Source of the DNA: Asterias rubens
Taxonomy: Eukaryota
Assembly (NCBI RefSeq): GCF_902459465.1
Contig: NC_047062.1
Span: 33,294,001 to 33,358,000, forward strand
Length of the DNA stretch: 64,000 bases
Direction of reading: 5' to 3'
Below are positions 1 through 12,314 of this stretch, piece by piece. The first letter of the stretch is position 1. Each line of letters opens with the position of its first letter. Both the position numbers and the translations under genes were made by a program. The notes beneath the pieces are model-generated. The model was given only the letters and a program-made list of their open reading frames with translations. It was not told the DNA's origin and made no database searches.

Positions 1-2515
1 TGCAACTACTACAGTGTGATATTGTATGTTTAGCAGTCATCAGTTGTATGTGTCATTTCAAGGCCATCTATTGAAGGGTTTATGCTTAATGTTTGTTCGT
101 TTTCATTTCAACCACTTCTGTAATTTCATTCCTTTGCTTTTTGCAATCAATAGGAACTGGTTCCTGCCTGGGGTTTGCTTGTTGATGAAACTAAACTTGG
201 ATCAATTATTCAATAGTTTTATTAAGTATCATTGTTTTCGATAAGCCAAGCATGTAACATTGTTCTGGTTTTTCTGTTTTTTTTACACTTAATATGTAAA
301 CATAGTCACTCACACAAATGTTCCCATACATGTCCGTGTGCACTACACAGTTTATTTCATGTCTGAAGAAATTCCATTTTTGAAATGACTTGCTCACGAT
401 CGAATCATTCGTATGGAGGAAAAATGTTTGCACCTATTTATTTCAATTTTCCCATGGAATGTAATGGTTCCTTAGTGAATTATAAATGTAAATTGTATCA
501 TAGAAATGCTTGAGTTAGAGCAAAATTATATTTTGCCTGTTTTGACAAAAAATAAAAAACAGTAAATTCAGCTTTGTCACATGTTGTCATTTTGTTTGTG
601 GTCTAAAAATGTTTGGTTTACATTGTTGGTTTATGGAAGAGTCTATACTTTCAGAGCAAGGATGTTAATTTCAAAAGATACACACTGCAAGAGTGTAAAC
701 TCTGAAAATATTTGTAAAACAAAATACAATGTTTAGAAAACGATAATAATGTTTTGGGATGTTTGTATAATATGTTTTTTCTTGGGTTTGGAAAGACACA
801 AGATCTACAACCTTGGATAATTGCATTTTGTAAGGAGAAAAAAACAAATTATAATATTATTTGTCATAATCACAAAACGTCATTGGGAAGAAGTCACTCC
901 CTGTTCAAATGTGTGACCATTTCACTTCAAACAGATAGTTATATAACACAACTAGAACCCTGTGATTCATTCCATAAGTTGATGAGCAATACATAAATTA
1001 AAGGCCCTCGGGTCTTAATTGAAAGCTTCTTTTTCCATCAGTTTGTTGAGCAAATAAAGCCAGTTTTGAGTTATGACAGAGAGTGACTAAAGGTTTGCCA
1101 TCCAAGTTGGAACCTAGATCTGAATTCTTATGACCTTAGTAACCTTAACCAGACTGTGGGCAGTTTCAATGGCTGGTTCATCACATCTTAATGTCAACTC
1201 CATCTGTTACTGTGTCCACAATCTAACCAAGCTAGCATTAATATGCCCCACAGCTATAGAGTGATGATTTACATCTGACAAATAATGATGTTATAAAGAA
1301 CATGTTGAGATGGCTGTGGCCAAACTGATGATTGAACTACATGAACTCACTGGTACTCTCTGGACAACACATTCCAGTCATCTCATAAATTAAAGCATGA
1401 TCAAAACCAGGACAGTTCTTTTCAGAACTAAAGAAGTCTACTACACGGTAGTAGAATATAAAGCATCTACCTAAACAAGTAGATACACACATGGTCTTAC
1501 CGAAACAAAATATACAAAAACAAAAGAAAAAACACAAGTGCATGAAAAGGCCTGTTGGAAAAGAACTGTTTTAAGTTGCCGATGAAAGAGTGAGATGTGT
1601 GTTTCTTTGATGTGATCGAGTAATACAATTGGAAAACAATTATGACAACTGAAACATGGATAATACATAGCAATCATTTATTTCATCTTTAATTAATTTT
1701 TATTCAGAGACAAAATACACACAAAGTATTGGGGGAAATAAGAAAATTAATTCGCTCCAAATGGAGCAAATTCCACTGTTCAATGAGGGAAACATCCAGT
1801 TTTTGTAAAACTGTTTTACAATTGTCATTCTTTCAACAAACATGAAACTTTTTAATTATAAAACAATAAGGAAACACTTTGGACATAATATTGAAGAAAG
1901 AGAAGAAATCAGCTAATCTGCTAGAAGTTCAGGAAGTTGCATGCCTGCTTAAAATCATTATTCATAATACTAATAGTACTACACTAAAATGATTCTGAAC
2001 TTTTTTTTAAACAAAAATAACAAACTTGTTAAATAAAAATATAAAGCACTGTGTTAGTGTTAACCATTATTGCAATATTTAGTACAAAAAGTGGGTTATT
2101 CAAGACCCACTTTATCTTCATGAAAAACTTGTTTTAACAAGACGTCTTGCTTTCAAAAATATATAATTCATGTAGAAAAAAATTAGTACAAAATATGATA
2201 ATAATTTAGTCACAATATTCACTTTTATTCAATAAAGCTTTTCACCAAAATAGATTTTGTCTTTTCATATAAAAGTCCTTTCATATAAAATGTTATGTAT
2301 CAAAGCGAAAAGACAAACTGATTTCAAAATAATATTTTCAACAAAAAGAAATTGTACACACAAGGACAATTGTTCATACACTCTATATATTTTGAACCCA
2401 TAGGTAGGCATTTTCGGTGTTTGTGTTCTATGGGAAATCCCATAATTTAACACTCAAATTAACATGGCCAGATTGATATAAAAGAAACTACAAACTTAGA
2501 ACACTTGATTAAAGA

Positions 2516-5500
2516 CTACGCTTTTGTAGACTTGCCCATCTCCTTTCTATCTTTCATCCCTATTTTCAAAATGTAGTTCTTATCCTCTGAGCCAAGATAC
2601 AATGCATCACCTGTATCAAGTACACTGCTGATGGAAGATACCATTTCACCAGTAGGGTCGTGCAAACTCTGTACTATTTTACCCTTCTGGTCGAGTTCTA
2701 TGATCATTCCATAATTTGGAATCCATTTGGTGAGGGTAACAGGATCAACAAACTAGAAAGAAAAAAAAATATATACCATATTAGTCAATGCATAACACTG
2801 CAATAAAAACAACTTTTGCCAAACTGTTTTACTGTTATTAAAAAAATTTAATTGAAACACACATTTTTTTATATAATGGTAGATTGATGTTAAATTATTT
2901 ATGCCTACTCTAATGAAACCTAACAGAAGTAAATGATTTAGTAAGCTCTGTGCACAGTTAGCTCTGTGCACAGTAAGCTCTGTGCACAGTAAGCTCTGTG
3001 CACAGTTAGTTCTGTGCACGGCTAGTTCTGTGCACAGTTAGCTCTGTGCACAGTTAGCTCTGTGCAGTTAGCTCTGTGCACGGTTAGCTCTGTGCACAGT
3101 TAGCTTTATGCACAGTTAGTTCTGTGCACGGCTAGCTCTGTGCACAGTTAGCTCTGTGCACAGTTAGCTCTGTGCACGGTTAGCTCTGTGCACAGTTAGC
3201 TCTGTGCACGGTTAGCTCTGTTCACAGCTAGCTCTGTGCACGGCTAGCTCTGTGCACAGTTAGCTCTGTGCACGGTTAGCTCTGTGCAGTTAGCTCTGTG
3301 CACGGTTAGCTCTGTTCACAGTTAGCTCTGTGCACGGTTAGCTCTGTGCACAGTTAGCTCTGGGCACAGTTAGCTCTGTGCACAGTTAGCTCTATGCAGT
3401 TAGCTCTGTGCACAGTTAGTTTGTGCACAGTTAGCTCTGTGCACAGTTAGCTCTGCGCAGTTAGCTCTGTGCACAGTTAGCTCTGTGCACAGTTAGTTCT
3501 GTGCACCGTTAGTTTGATGCAGTTATTTCTGTAAATGCAACCTGCAGAATTGAATGGTTGGAAATGGGTAGTCAAAACTCAAGAGAAACATATGAACATG
3601 TTAGTACATCATTGACAGTATGGTTCTACACCCACAGTGCCACCATACACAACTTGTGTAAATGGAACGTTTCTTTTACTAAGAGATGAGTCAAGTGACC
3701 TGAGCTGGTTAAGTCCTAATCTATAAGACCAGAATGTCTCTACATCTCACCTTAGTTATAAGACTCCTCAGCCATGGTCTTGCATAGAGAATATCTATAA
3801 TTGGTAATGACCCCATACGACCTCCGACATGAGATAAACCGACCCAGTAACCTCCACTTGCACTAGGACGAATCTTCATAGGTGCACCGGGTAGGTTCTT
3901 AGCGAAGATGGTAAAATCACCGCTCAGAGGGCCCTTAAAATAGTACCTGGTGAGAAATAAGAGTTTACAACAGAGATGAATCAGTGTTGAGGATTGCTGA
4001 ATAAGAAGGCTACCACTGGGGCCACTTTGTATGTTCAGGGCTAAATTTCATAGAGCTGATTAAGCACACAATATCACAAAAGTATGAGCAGTCTCTATGT
4101 TCTCATTACATGATTTATGTACACTCTGGAAATGTACATTAAAACAAGCAAGTTGCAAGTTGTAAGAACAGTTTTTAAGAAAAAGAGGAGGCTGATATTG
4201 AGGGATGAAAGAGGAATATGAGTAAGAAGAGGAATGGAATTCATACTTAATTACATGGATAAAAAAAAATGCACTTTAACACCATAACTCTTGGGAGTAA
4301 TAAGTGTAATACAAAATGAGCTGAAAACATATTAAGATAAATATTATACCGCCCAAAATAAAATGTAAAATTTGAATTATTATATCAGGCCTTTAATTAC
4401 ACACAGGCTACGGAGGTCATGACCACTGTTGTCCCTGGTCTTGAACTTGGTGCCCCATCAAAAGTTTCCCATAGACTGATGTTAAATCTGTTCTTACTTG
4501 AGGATACGGAAGCGAGTTGCCTCTGAGATAAGCAAGAAGTCTTCATCCGGTGAGAATTGTATTCCAGTTGGATAAAACAGCATCTTGATAGCAATGTTAC
4601 TCATCTTACTGACTGGGTTATACCACATTAATCTGAAAGTAACAAATCAGAAATAAGGAGAAAATAGTCAGTTTCTCTTTGGTACTTTGGTTAAAATACT
4701 AAATAATAGATAATAGATAGTAAACTTGATTTCTTTAGCACACATCTCCTGTGCTCAGCCACTTCAACTGTTTTTATTTTGTTTAAGAGATACCGCCTAA
4801 CACACAAGGCCAGACGGCCACTCCAAGGTGAGAGCTTAAGTGAATTGGTCCGTCGACCCAAATCAACTGTCACCGGGGACACGCTGCCACCTACTCCTGG
4901 GACTGAAACAGAGTTACCCCCCTTCACAGTCCATAAAGATGTAGGCATGGGTATCATCCACTAGAAGACTGGCTGGTAGAGCAAAATGCTCTATCTTACA
5001 AACTTTTAACGAAGCAATATGATTAAGTGCTTTGCTTTAAAGGGCACAAATATCATGACCAGGATTCAAACCCACACTCTGCTGCTGACCACATCAGAGC
5101 TTGGGTCCGGTGAACTATACCGTTCGGCCACAAGATATATCCCCGGAGCAAGAACTACGTCTATCTTACCTTCCACAGCCATCTGCTTCCCATAAGATGT
5201 AATCTTGCTGACGATAATCCCTATTCTTACAGGAATCAATGAAAAATAAATCTTTACTTCCTCCAGGGGTTTTTAGTTTCTCCATGTCACTCCCATACTT
5301 GATTGGGAGTTGTTCATATGTACGATCACTGGGAACAAGGTTGTCAACTTTTCCTGATGATGAAAGCAAAGTTCAAAGTCAGTCAAAAGATCATAACTAA
5401 TGTCATCACATTCCATTTAAAAAGTCAATGTAGAATTTGAAACTTTGCATGGTGGAAGTATAATTAGATGAGGTTTGTGGTAGCAACTGGAGCATAATGG

Positions 5501-8500
5501 CCAAAGCATTTAGTTATCAACCAACGCTTCTTTTCAGAACCAACACTACTCCGTCAAAAGAGATTTTCACGTGGTGTTACCGAAAACCTCACTCAAACCT
5601 AAAATGCTTGTTTTGAAATCTTGTCATCTATGTTTGTCCCTGTGGTCATCGAACCCTTGAACTAACCTCTAGTTGATATCTGGAATAGTCCCTTGTACCC
5701 ATCCATGACGTAGATTTCATTACCAATAACACGGAGCCCTAGAGGGCGCCCACAGCTTGGCTCATTCACTGGAGAACCTTATAAATAAACACAGAAACAA
5801 AATATACTTTATTTTCACTTCAAAGTGAGGGCTACATTTAACTGATTTTGGCTGTCAACCCAAATCAACTGTCACCAGGGGCACGTTGCGACCTACTCCT
5901 GGGGCTGAAGCAGGGTAACCCTCTTCACAGTCTGTGAATCCACTGTCTGGTAGAGCAGAATGCACTGCCTTCACAACTCTTTATGAAGCATTTATGGTTA
6001 TGTGCCTTGCTCAAGAACACAAATGCCATGACCAAGAATCGAACCCACACTCTGCTGCTGACAACAACAGAGCTTGGGTCAGGTGCCTTAGAACGCTCAA
6101 CCACAACTCCCTACAATGGTATGTGGACACTTGCTGATCATGCCTGCTCAGTGTCTAAGGGCCGCAAAATAGTTGTACAAATGCACTGGACTTCAAATAC
6201 CAACTAAAACAAGAAACAAATATCAATACACTGAGTTGACAATAAACAGCTACAAGGAGGGGGGTTGTGTATTCTTACCACATGGTCTGGATCCAAGTCT
6301 AGCCACACTTGTCATTTTAGATTCATTCGTTATTCTTACTATTGCACCATCATATGTCCCTGTGTAAAGTTTTCCTGTAATTAAAACAAAAACAAAAAGT
6401 GTTATTACAATCTGAAATGAAAAGGTATTTCCTGTAACCTGTAAGTTAAATTCTTTCGCTCATAATGAGCTATAATAAATATTATTAAGTATAAATAAAT
6501 ATATTATTATTAGCTGAGCCGAATGATTATTATTGGCCGAATAAATATTATTATTTTTATTATTAACTGAGCCATGAAATTTTGCCAAAGTCTTGAACTG
6601 TGGTCTCAAGCTTCAAATTCAAATGGTGCAAGGCAAACCAAAGTTAACACTCAAACACAGGGTACAAAAATAACATCAACAAAAAATTCCTGCTCCAGTA
6701 TAGCAAGAACCTTATTACATTTGATATTTGATATTTCATCCGCACTGTCTGACCTTTGACCTGTTGTCTGATAGAGTTCATTGACCCTCGTATTGTTGAA
6801 ACTCACCTTTATACTCAGCTAGACATTCAGGACCTCGGATCTTTCCTTCCAGAATCTTAATGCCTTCTAAAAGCCTTGTGTTTGGTTCAAGAGCGCCCTC
6901 TAGTGCTCTAGGACTTGGAAGACTGCAACAATAAAAACAAATTGTAGTATTTATTTTAGTATTAATATTAATTTCTGCAGTTTGGACTTCAGGTTTAAAA
7001 GGACTTTCATAAGCAACTAGATGCATCAAATTCTTAAATTTGATGCACTTTATATAAAGATCAAACCTGTTAATTGGCAGGATGTCATTTCATTTCATTT
7101 ATTCTGGTTTTAAAGCCAATGACTCTTAGAAAAGTAAACTTAATCACTGTACTAGCCAAGAACACAGTGGAGAAGACAAAGAAGGATGTTTCAGCTTTTG
7201 ATGTGGGAGGAAAACCCCAGAGAAGTATTTCCAAGGAAACCCACACATTCAGGTAGGGACTGAAAACTCAATCCACATAGTGCCCCTGGTGGGATTGGAA
7301 CTGGGGTGCTGGAGATGGAAGGCGAGAAGATATAGCACTTTGCAAACCCTGTTGCATGATACTTATAAAAAGTTTCAAAGCCAAGAATGTGAAAACACCG
7401 TGTAATAAAAGATTGGAGTAACCGCCATGGTTTGGTTACAGTTCAGGCCTGATACTCCACACAGGCAACAAAGGCTATTTCCCCCATGACTCCTGGTCAT
7501 TGCCTTGGTGCCCTTCAAATGCGCCAGTAGAAATTTACAATTTCCTTTACCAATGAGAAAATGCCTTGGTGCCTATGCCGCTTTTAAAATGAAGCATACA
7601 GGCCTGACAGTTGACTGGATTATTTATTTATATCAAACAAACAGGGAGTAGCAGCAGGAACAGCCATGTTATCACAACTCATTATGTAATCATCTGATAT
7701 TTACCTGACGATATGAGGGGTCATTGGTGACTCCATGTTATAAATCATTACTCCAGCAATTATGCCCAACACAATCAGTATCTTGATGACAAATTTTACC
7801 CATTGCCTGTTGAAAGAAACAAATAAGAGTGTTTTTAAATGTTTTGTTATGAGAGGCCATCATTTAAGACTCAATCTCGAACAGAGTTGTATGACTTGTG
7901 ACTTAGTCTTGCACTCAAGTCTGACTTAGACTCAACACTAAGGACTCGGACTCAGACTCGGACTCAGACTTGACACTATTGGTAATTACTCAAAATAAAT
8001 GTAAGTATAAAAACTTACTTTGGTAACGACCAATTGAGAGGTGTTGATAGTACAAAACATTTCGAGACACGGCTCCCTCTGAAGTAACATAGTTTTAGGA
8101 ACGAGGTAATTGTTCACGCAAATATTAAAAGACTTCTTTTAGGCATATGTGCAACAAGGGTGTTTTTTCTTTCATTATTCTTTTGCAACTTCGATGACCA
8201 AATTGAGTCCAAATTTCCACAGATTTGTTATTTTATGCATCCATTGGGATACAACAAGTGAAAATACTGGTCTTTGACAATTACCAAACGTGTCCAGAGC
8301 CAAAGATTGAGGGCACAGATACAGAGCTGGAAAATAATTACCATAATGTAGGTGGCTTGAGTTTAGGCGTACGCCTGGTTGGCACCTTATCCTTTTTGGT
8401 ATCAATGTCTTCAACCCTTTGGGATTCGGTTGGTGCTTTAGCATTCCTCTTTTTGACCGTCTTACTTGTTGAAAGATCTGACATCTTTACCACTTTAGCT

Positions 8501-9242
8501 TGTATGCTCAAAATGAGCTAAAGAAAAGGGTTGCATCCTGCAAAGTGATAATAGAAACGGAATTAAGATTTGAATCATACAGTTGCGCCTACAAAAAAGA
8601 AAATGTGTATTGGTCTACCAATGTATATTGAAAGTAAAACAAGCTAGTGATTTTCTAGTTGCGATGATCCTGACCTAACCCTCCATCCTTCCTGGTGATT
8701 TTCAAGCTATTTTGTTTGAACTTTTTGTCATTTTAGGTCCCGGAATAACAGAGCAAATTAACAACCACATCATCTAAAAAAAGTTATCAGAGATAATGAC
8801 TTTTTTTCATGGAAGACAGCACCATAGTTATTGGTTCCAAAAGACTATTTAATACTATTTAAGAAATAGGTTTGAGTTGACTTGTTTGACAACTTTTGTT
8901 GTCATGTTGACTCATGCATGGTTCAAATTCACACAATTGGAGTGTTGCATTTTATTTGGAGACTGTGGATCAGGAAGGAAGTACTAAAATTATGCAACAT
9001 ACCCTTAAATTTAATTTAAGTAAGTTATCAAATGAATTTATAAATAATGAAAGTAAAATTCAGTTTAATAGTTAATTAAAAAGTAACTTTTGCTTTGGGG
9101 TTAAATTTAACTATTTTTAAAAAACAATTCAACACCATGCACACAATGAAACAAAGCTACTTTAGTTTAACCAAACTTACCGTTGTTTCCTCAAGCTTCG
9201 ACTTGCGTTTTTCACTTCCTTGTACGTTGGGACACTACGCAT
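2516..9242 (-). CDS. APMAP: Adipocyte plasma membrane-associated protein-like / strictosidine synthase-like six-bladed beta-propeller, type II membrane protein (412 aa)
   Basis: Nine phase-consistent GT-AG exons: 9242-9181, 7806-7705, 6922-6807, 6374-6279, 5777-5667, 5353-5170, 4632-4498, 3946-3751, 2752-2516 (1239 nt). The translation has an N-terminal TM helix (WVKFVIKILIVLGIIAGVMIY) and family motifs ESP, LEPNTRL, GPE, LYTGTYDG, CGRPLGLR, DGYKGLF, IQFSPDEDFLLISE, NLPG..IRPS.SGGYWVG, SLHDPTG and LYLGS. Exon 1 is the least certain. Confidence 0.9.
2940..3530 (+). repeat. 16-bp minisatellite (GTTAGCTCTGTGCACA)n, about 36 units, in the last APMAP intron
   Basis: Directly visible tandem array with occasional 14-bp and substitution variants. 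Confidence 0.97.
4770..5135 (-). mobile_element. tRNA-derived SINE, copy 1 (APMAP intron 6)
   Basis: Shares about 250 bp with 5845-6110 (AAATCAACTGTCACC...CCTACTCCTGGG...AACCCACACTCTGCTGCTGAC..CAGAGCTTGGGTC). The minus strand shows a Pol III B-box-like GGTTTGAATCC. Confidence 0.75.
5845..6110 (-). mobile_element. tRNA-derived SINE, copy 2 (APMAP intron 4)
   Basis: Minus strand: A-box-like TGGTTGAGCGTT, B-box GGTTCGATTCT, then the GTGTTCTTGAGCAAGGCAC core typical of marine invertebrate SINEs. Similar to 4770-5135 and 23570-23735. Confidence 0.8.
7443..7607. mobile_element. MITE-like family A (about 165 bp, CAGGCCTG ends, GGTCATTGCCTTGGTGCCC core)
   Basis: Bounded by TCAGGCCTGA and CAGGCCTGA. 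Related copies near 14075-14175, 25218-25370, 38500-38640, 40591-40765, 58134-58230 and 60233-60385. Confidence 0.7.
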
Positions 9243-9404
9243 AAATGATACGTTTTTTAGCTCGTTTTTAGTGTTTGTTGTTAGTTTCGTACACGGCCAG
9301 CATGTGTATATCCGGGTAGTCAGGCGCCACTTCCTGCTTCAATGCCTGGTCAATGTCGCCCACACTCAGATATTGCACGTTTTTGACCCTAGGTACCAGA
9401 CAAT

Positions 9405-9510
9405 AGTAAAAGGGTGGGCGGGGACGGGCGTGTCCAATGTACGGTGGGGGGGGAGGCAGAAGTGGGGAGGGGGTAGAAGGGGGGAGGGGGGGTCGTCGCG
9501 TCCAATACGA
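9405..9510 (-). promoter_or_regulatory. Putative APMAP promoter: GC boxes, two CCAAT boxes, G-run tract
   Basis: GGGTGGGCGGGGACGGGCG, GTCCAAT twice and a local CpG-rich island immediately upstream of the first coding exon. Confidence 0.55.
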
Positions 9511-12314
9511 AGATTTATCGAAAGGAAAATAAAAGCTCTACTTGAAGAATATTTACTATTAAACTGACCCTCCACGTAAAAGATTGAATTTCAATTTACA
9601 CAATTGGCCCGAAAGTAAGTTTTGCATCAAAAACTATATACAAATGCACAAATAAAACGCATATGACCCGTATGATCATTGGAATGGGTTCCGCTTCAAT
9701 GACGGGGCCAGGCCAGTTTGTCCGAAGCAAGGATCATCGAGGCTGTCCTGTGAACTTGAACAAGCTCTCACCGTCCAACCACTGTCTGCCTTGAACTTTT
9801 TAGATTTCTTAATTACCAAGCCATCTTTTTATGTTTTTTATGTTAAATAAAAGTATTTTGGAATCTTTGTATTTCTCAAATACTTTACTGGTATTACTTC
9901 ATTCGAAGCTGTACAGGAGGGAGGCCAGTCGATCCGATGTCCCGCCCGCCCCCCCCCCCCCCCCCTCCCTCCATGGTTGGCCTGTCCTATATTTTGTGAG
10001 CTTGTCCTATAAAGTTTGTTATACATATCAGATGACTGTTGACAGACGGAAGTGATGAACCTTGGATCATCAAAACTCTGCTCTCCCTTGGACCCCCCCC
10101 CCCCCCCCCCCCCCAGCTCCCGAGCCTGGGATTGACCAACCCTAGCATAGCCCCTGGGCAGCCATCCAAAGATGGGCGTCACCCGTTTGAGACTGTCATA
10201 AAGACTGTCTTGTCAAAACTACACACGGTAAGAGCTTTCTCAGTAGTCAGTTTTGTCTAACCATACCTAACTAATCGAGATTTAATACACACACCCTCAT
10301 CTCTCTTTTTGTTTTATTTGAATGTTTTGTGTTTTTTAGTTTTGTGTGTTGTCGGCCTCACCTTTGAATTCATCATCATCCACCTTGGGCATTATCATAC
10401 GTCATCAATGAGACAGTCCAGCCTGGTATCCTGCTACATGCGCACAAAATCGACTGATGATGCATGAGTACCAGCTCTAAGAATTCAATGTGGAAACAAG
10501 TGCATCAGAGCAAATCATCATAATCGGCGACACACAGGGTCTGGCAATACAATGAATGAATGAACATTCCTTCAAACCATTTACCCTTCACTGATTTCTA
10601 CTGTGAAAGAAGGACAACTGGGAAAATAAATAACCTCAGAACTAGTGAATGGTGTCATTCTGTGAAAGTGATTATTAGCGGCTCTTTCTGCTAACCAAAC
10701 ATGTAGGTTTCGAAAAGTGAACGCCTCGATATTTCTGTGGTCAGCTGGTTGTTTGTTAAGGTAAGTCCGTGTATTTCCGACACAATATTAAATAAAATTA
10801 TATCGGTGTGAAATTGTTTGTAAATTCTACTTGCAGCACTTACACAGTACAAAATCTGACCGAACAAGAAACAAATAAATAAATAACATTTAACAAGACA
10901 CGGACATTAGTGACACTGACAAACCATTATATTGACACGTTTTTGTTTTGTTTTTTATTAGTTACATTTTATAATAACGGTGATTGAATAATTATGTTGA
11001 TCTTTAACATGCTGAAATCAATTTAAGGCTTTATAAAAAAAACAAAATTATGACAAGTCGTTCTCAGGGAATCATGGTAAAATTGTTTCTTGTTTTGTCA
11101 TAATTAATGTCATACATTAATATGATTAATTAGTTTGCCATAACTTATTAATTAAAATCAGTGGTATTGATTTTGATATTGGTTCACAAATAATGTGTTG
11201 TCAATAATTTTAAAACAAGATTTTTATGGGAAACCGATTGATCATGTTGATTTTGTGATAGTATATATTTTATAATGATTGACGGGGTGTATCTGTTTTG
11301 TTTTGTTAATTGTGTTGTGAGTTTTATGGTTTTATCAACAGTTTGTTGTCATGTATGTAATCTGATCTGATCACTGACTGGACTTTAGTCATAATTGACT
11401 GTCAGTGTATAGGTTGTTTGAGTTAATTAACCTCCATGATTAAACAAACTACGTAGATTTTTATATTTATAACTTGTTATCTCATTTACCTAAGTGTTTA
11501 TGATTGATGGTGTGAAGATGCCCAAGACATACCTCTGTAAAAGAATAAACAACTATGGTTTGTTCGGCAGATCTTGTAACCAAAGAATGGGATGTCTAAA
11601 TTTACTTGAAGTTTAAAAACTGGGTCCACTTTATTCGTTCCCAACTTTTCCTTTACAAAGGTCAAAAACAGGGTTAGTTACTTGTACAGAAGACGTACTA
11701 CTAGTAAGCAGGCAAGCTGCAGTGACACCCCTCTGACTAATTAACAACTTATAAATCTATTTATGTTTCAAGAGCCTTTATTTAGGAAAGGTGTGGTACC
11801 TGGTAATTGATTTAAACTAGTTATTGATTTAAATGTATACCGCAACATTTTGTTTGAGATTGTGTATATAGTGTGACGTCATTTTGTTTTAGGTCTTCTC
11901 TGATTGATGATGATAATTAATGGCAATGTCACTTACCAAACTGTTTTGGTTATTCAAACAACTCCGTGCATTAGTTTATAAGTATGACACATTTTGTTTT
12001 ACTTCAACATGATGCACATACATGCACTAAAGCCTAAATGTACCCATATAAAAGACATATTGTATGTCTATTTGTAGGAAGGTTTAAAGCTCTTAATAAT
12101 AACACAAGAAGCTCAAACTATATACTAATCAAGCATTAATTAGTCCCCTCCAGAAGGATTTCGTTTTTAGTGTTTTTTCAAGTGTTTCAAATTGAGTTCA
12201 CTGGGTGAGAACCGTTAAAATTCAACCAGATTTATTTCTTCAATTTCCACAGGTTCAGATGATGCTTTGCTTGACGGATTTTTAGATCTGTGAACTGCCA
12301 GCAGTACATGCAGT

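Noticed and set aside
1-2500. Coding exons at the window start
   Set aside because: Only short, compositionally random ORFs. The sequence looks like UTR or intergenic DNA, with minus-strand AATAAA near 2225-2230 as a likely APMAP poly(A) signal.
2940-3530. CRISPR-like array
   Set aside because: Eukaryotic context, and the repeats are contiguous with no unique spacers. The same applies to the 51-bp array.
5738-6905. CTCF-like TAGAGGGCGC motifs near 5740 and 6895
   Set aside because: Both lie inside APMAP coding exons (CGRPLG and RALEGAL) and are explained by codons.
9831-10260. Poly-Pro and poly-Gly ORFs
   Set aside because: They arise from C/G homopolymer tracts and have no splice or compositional support.
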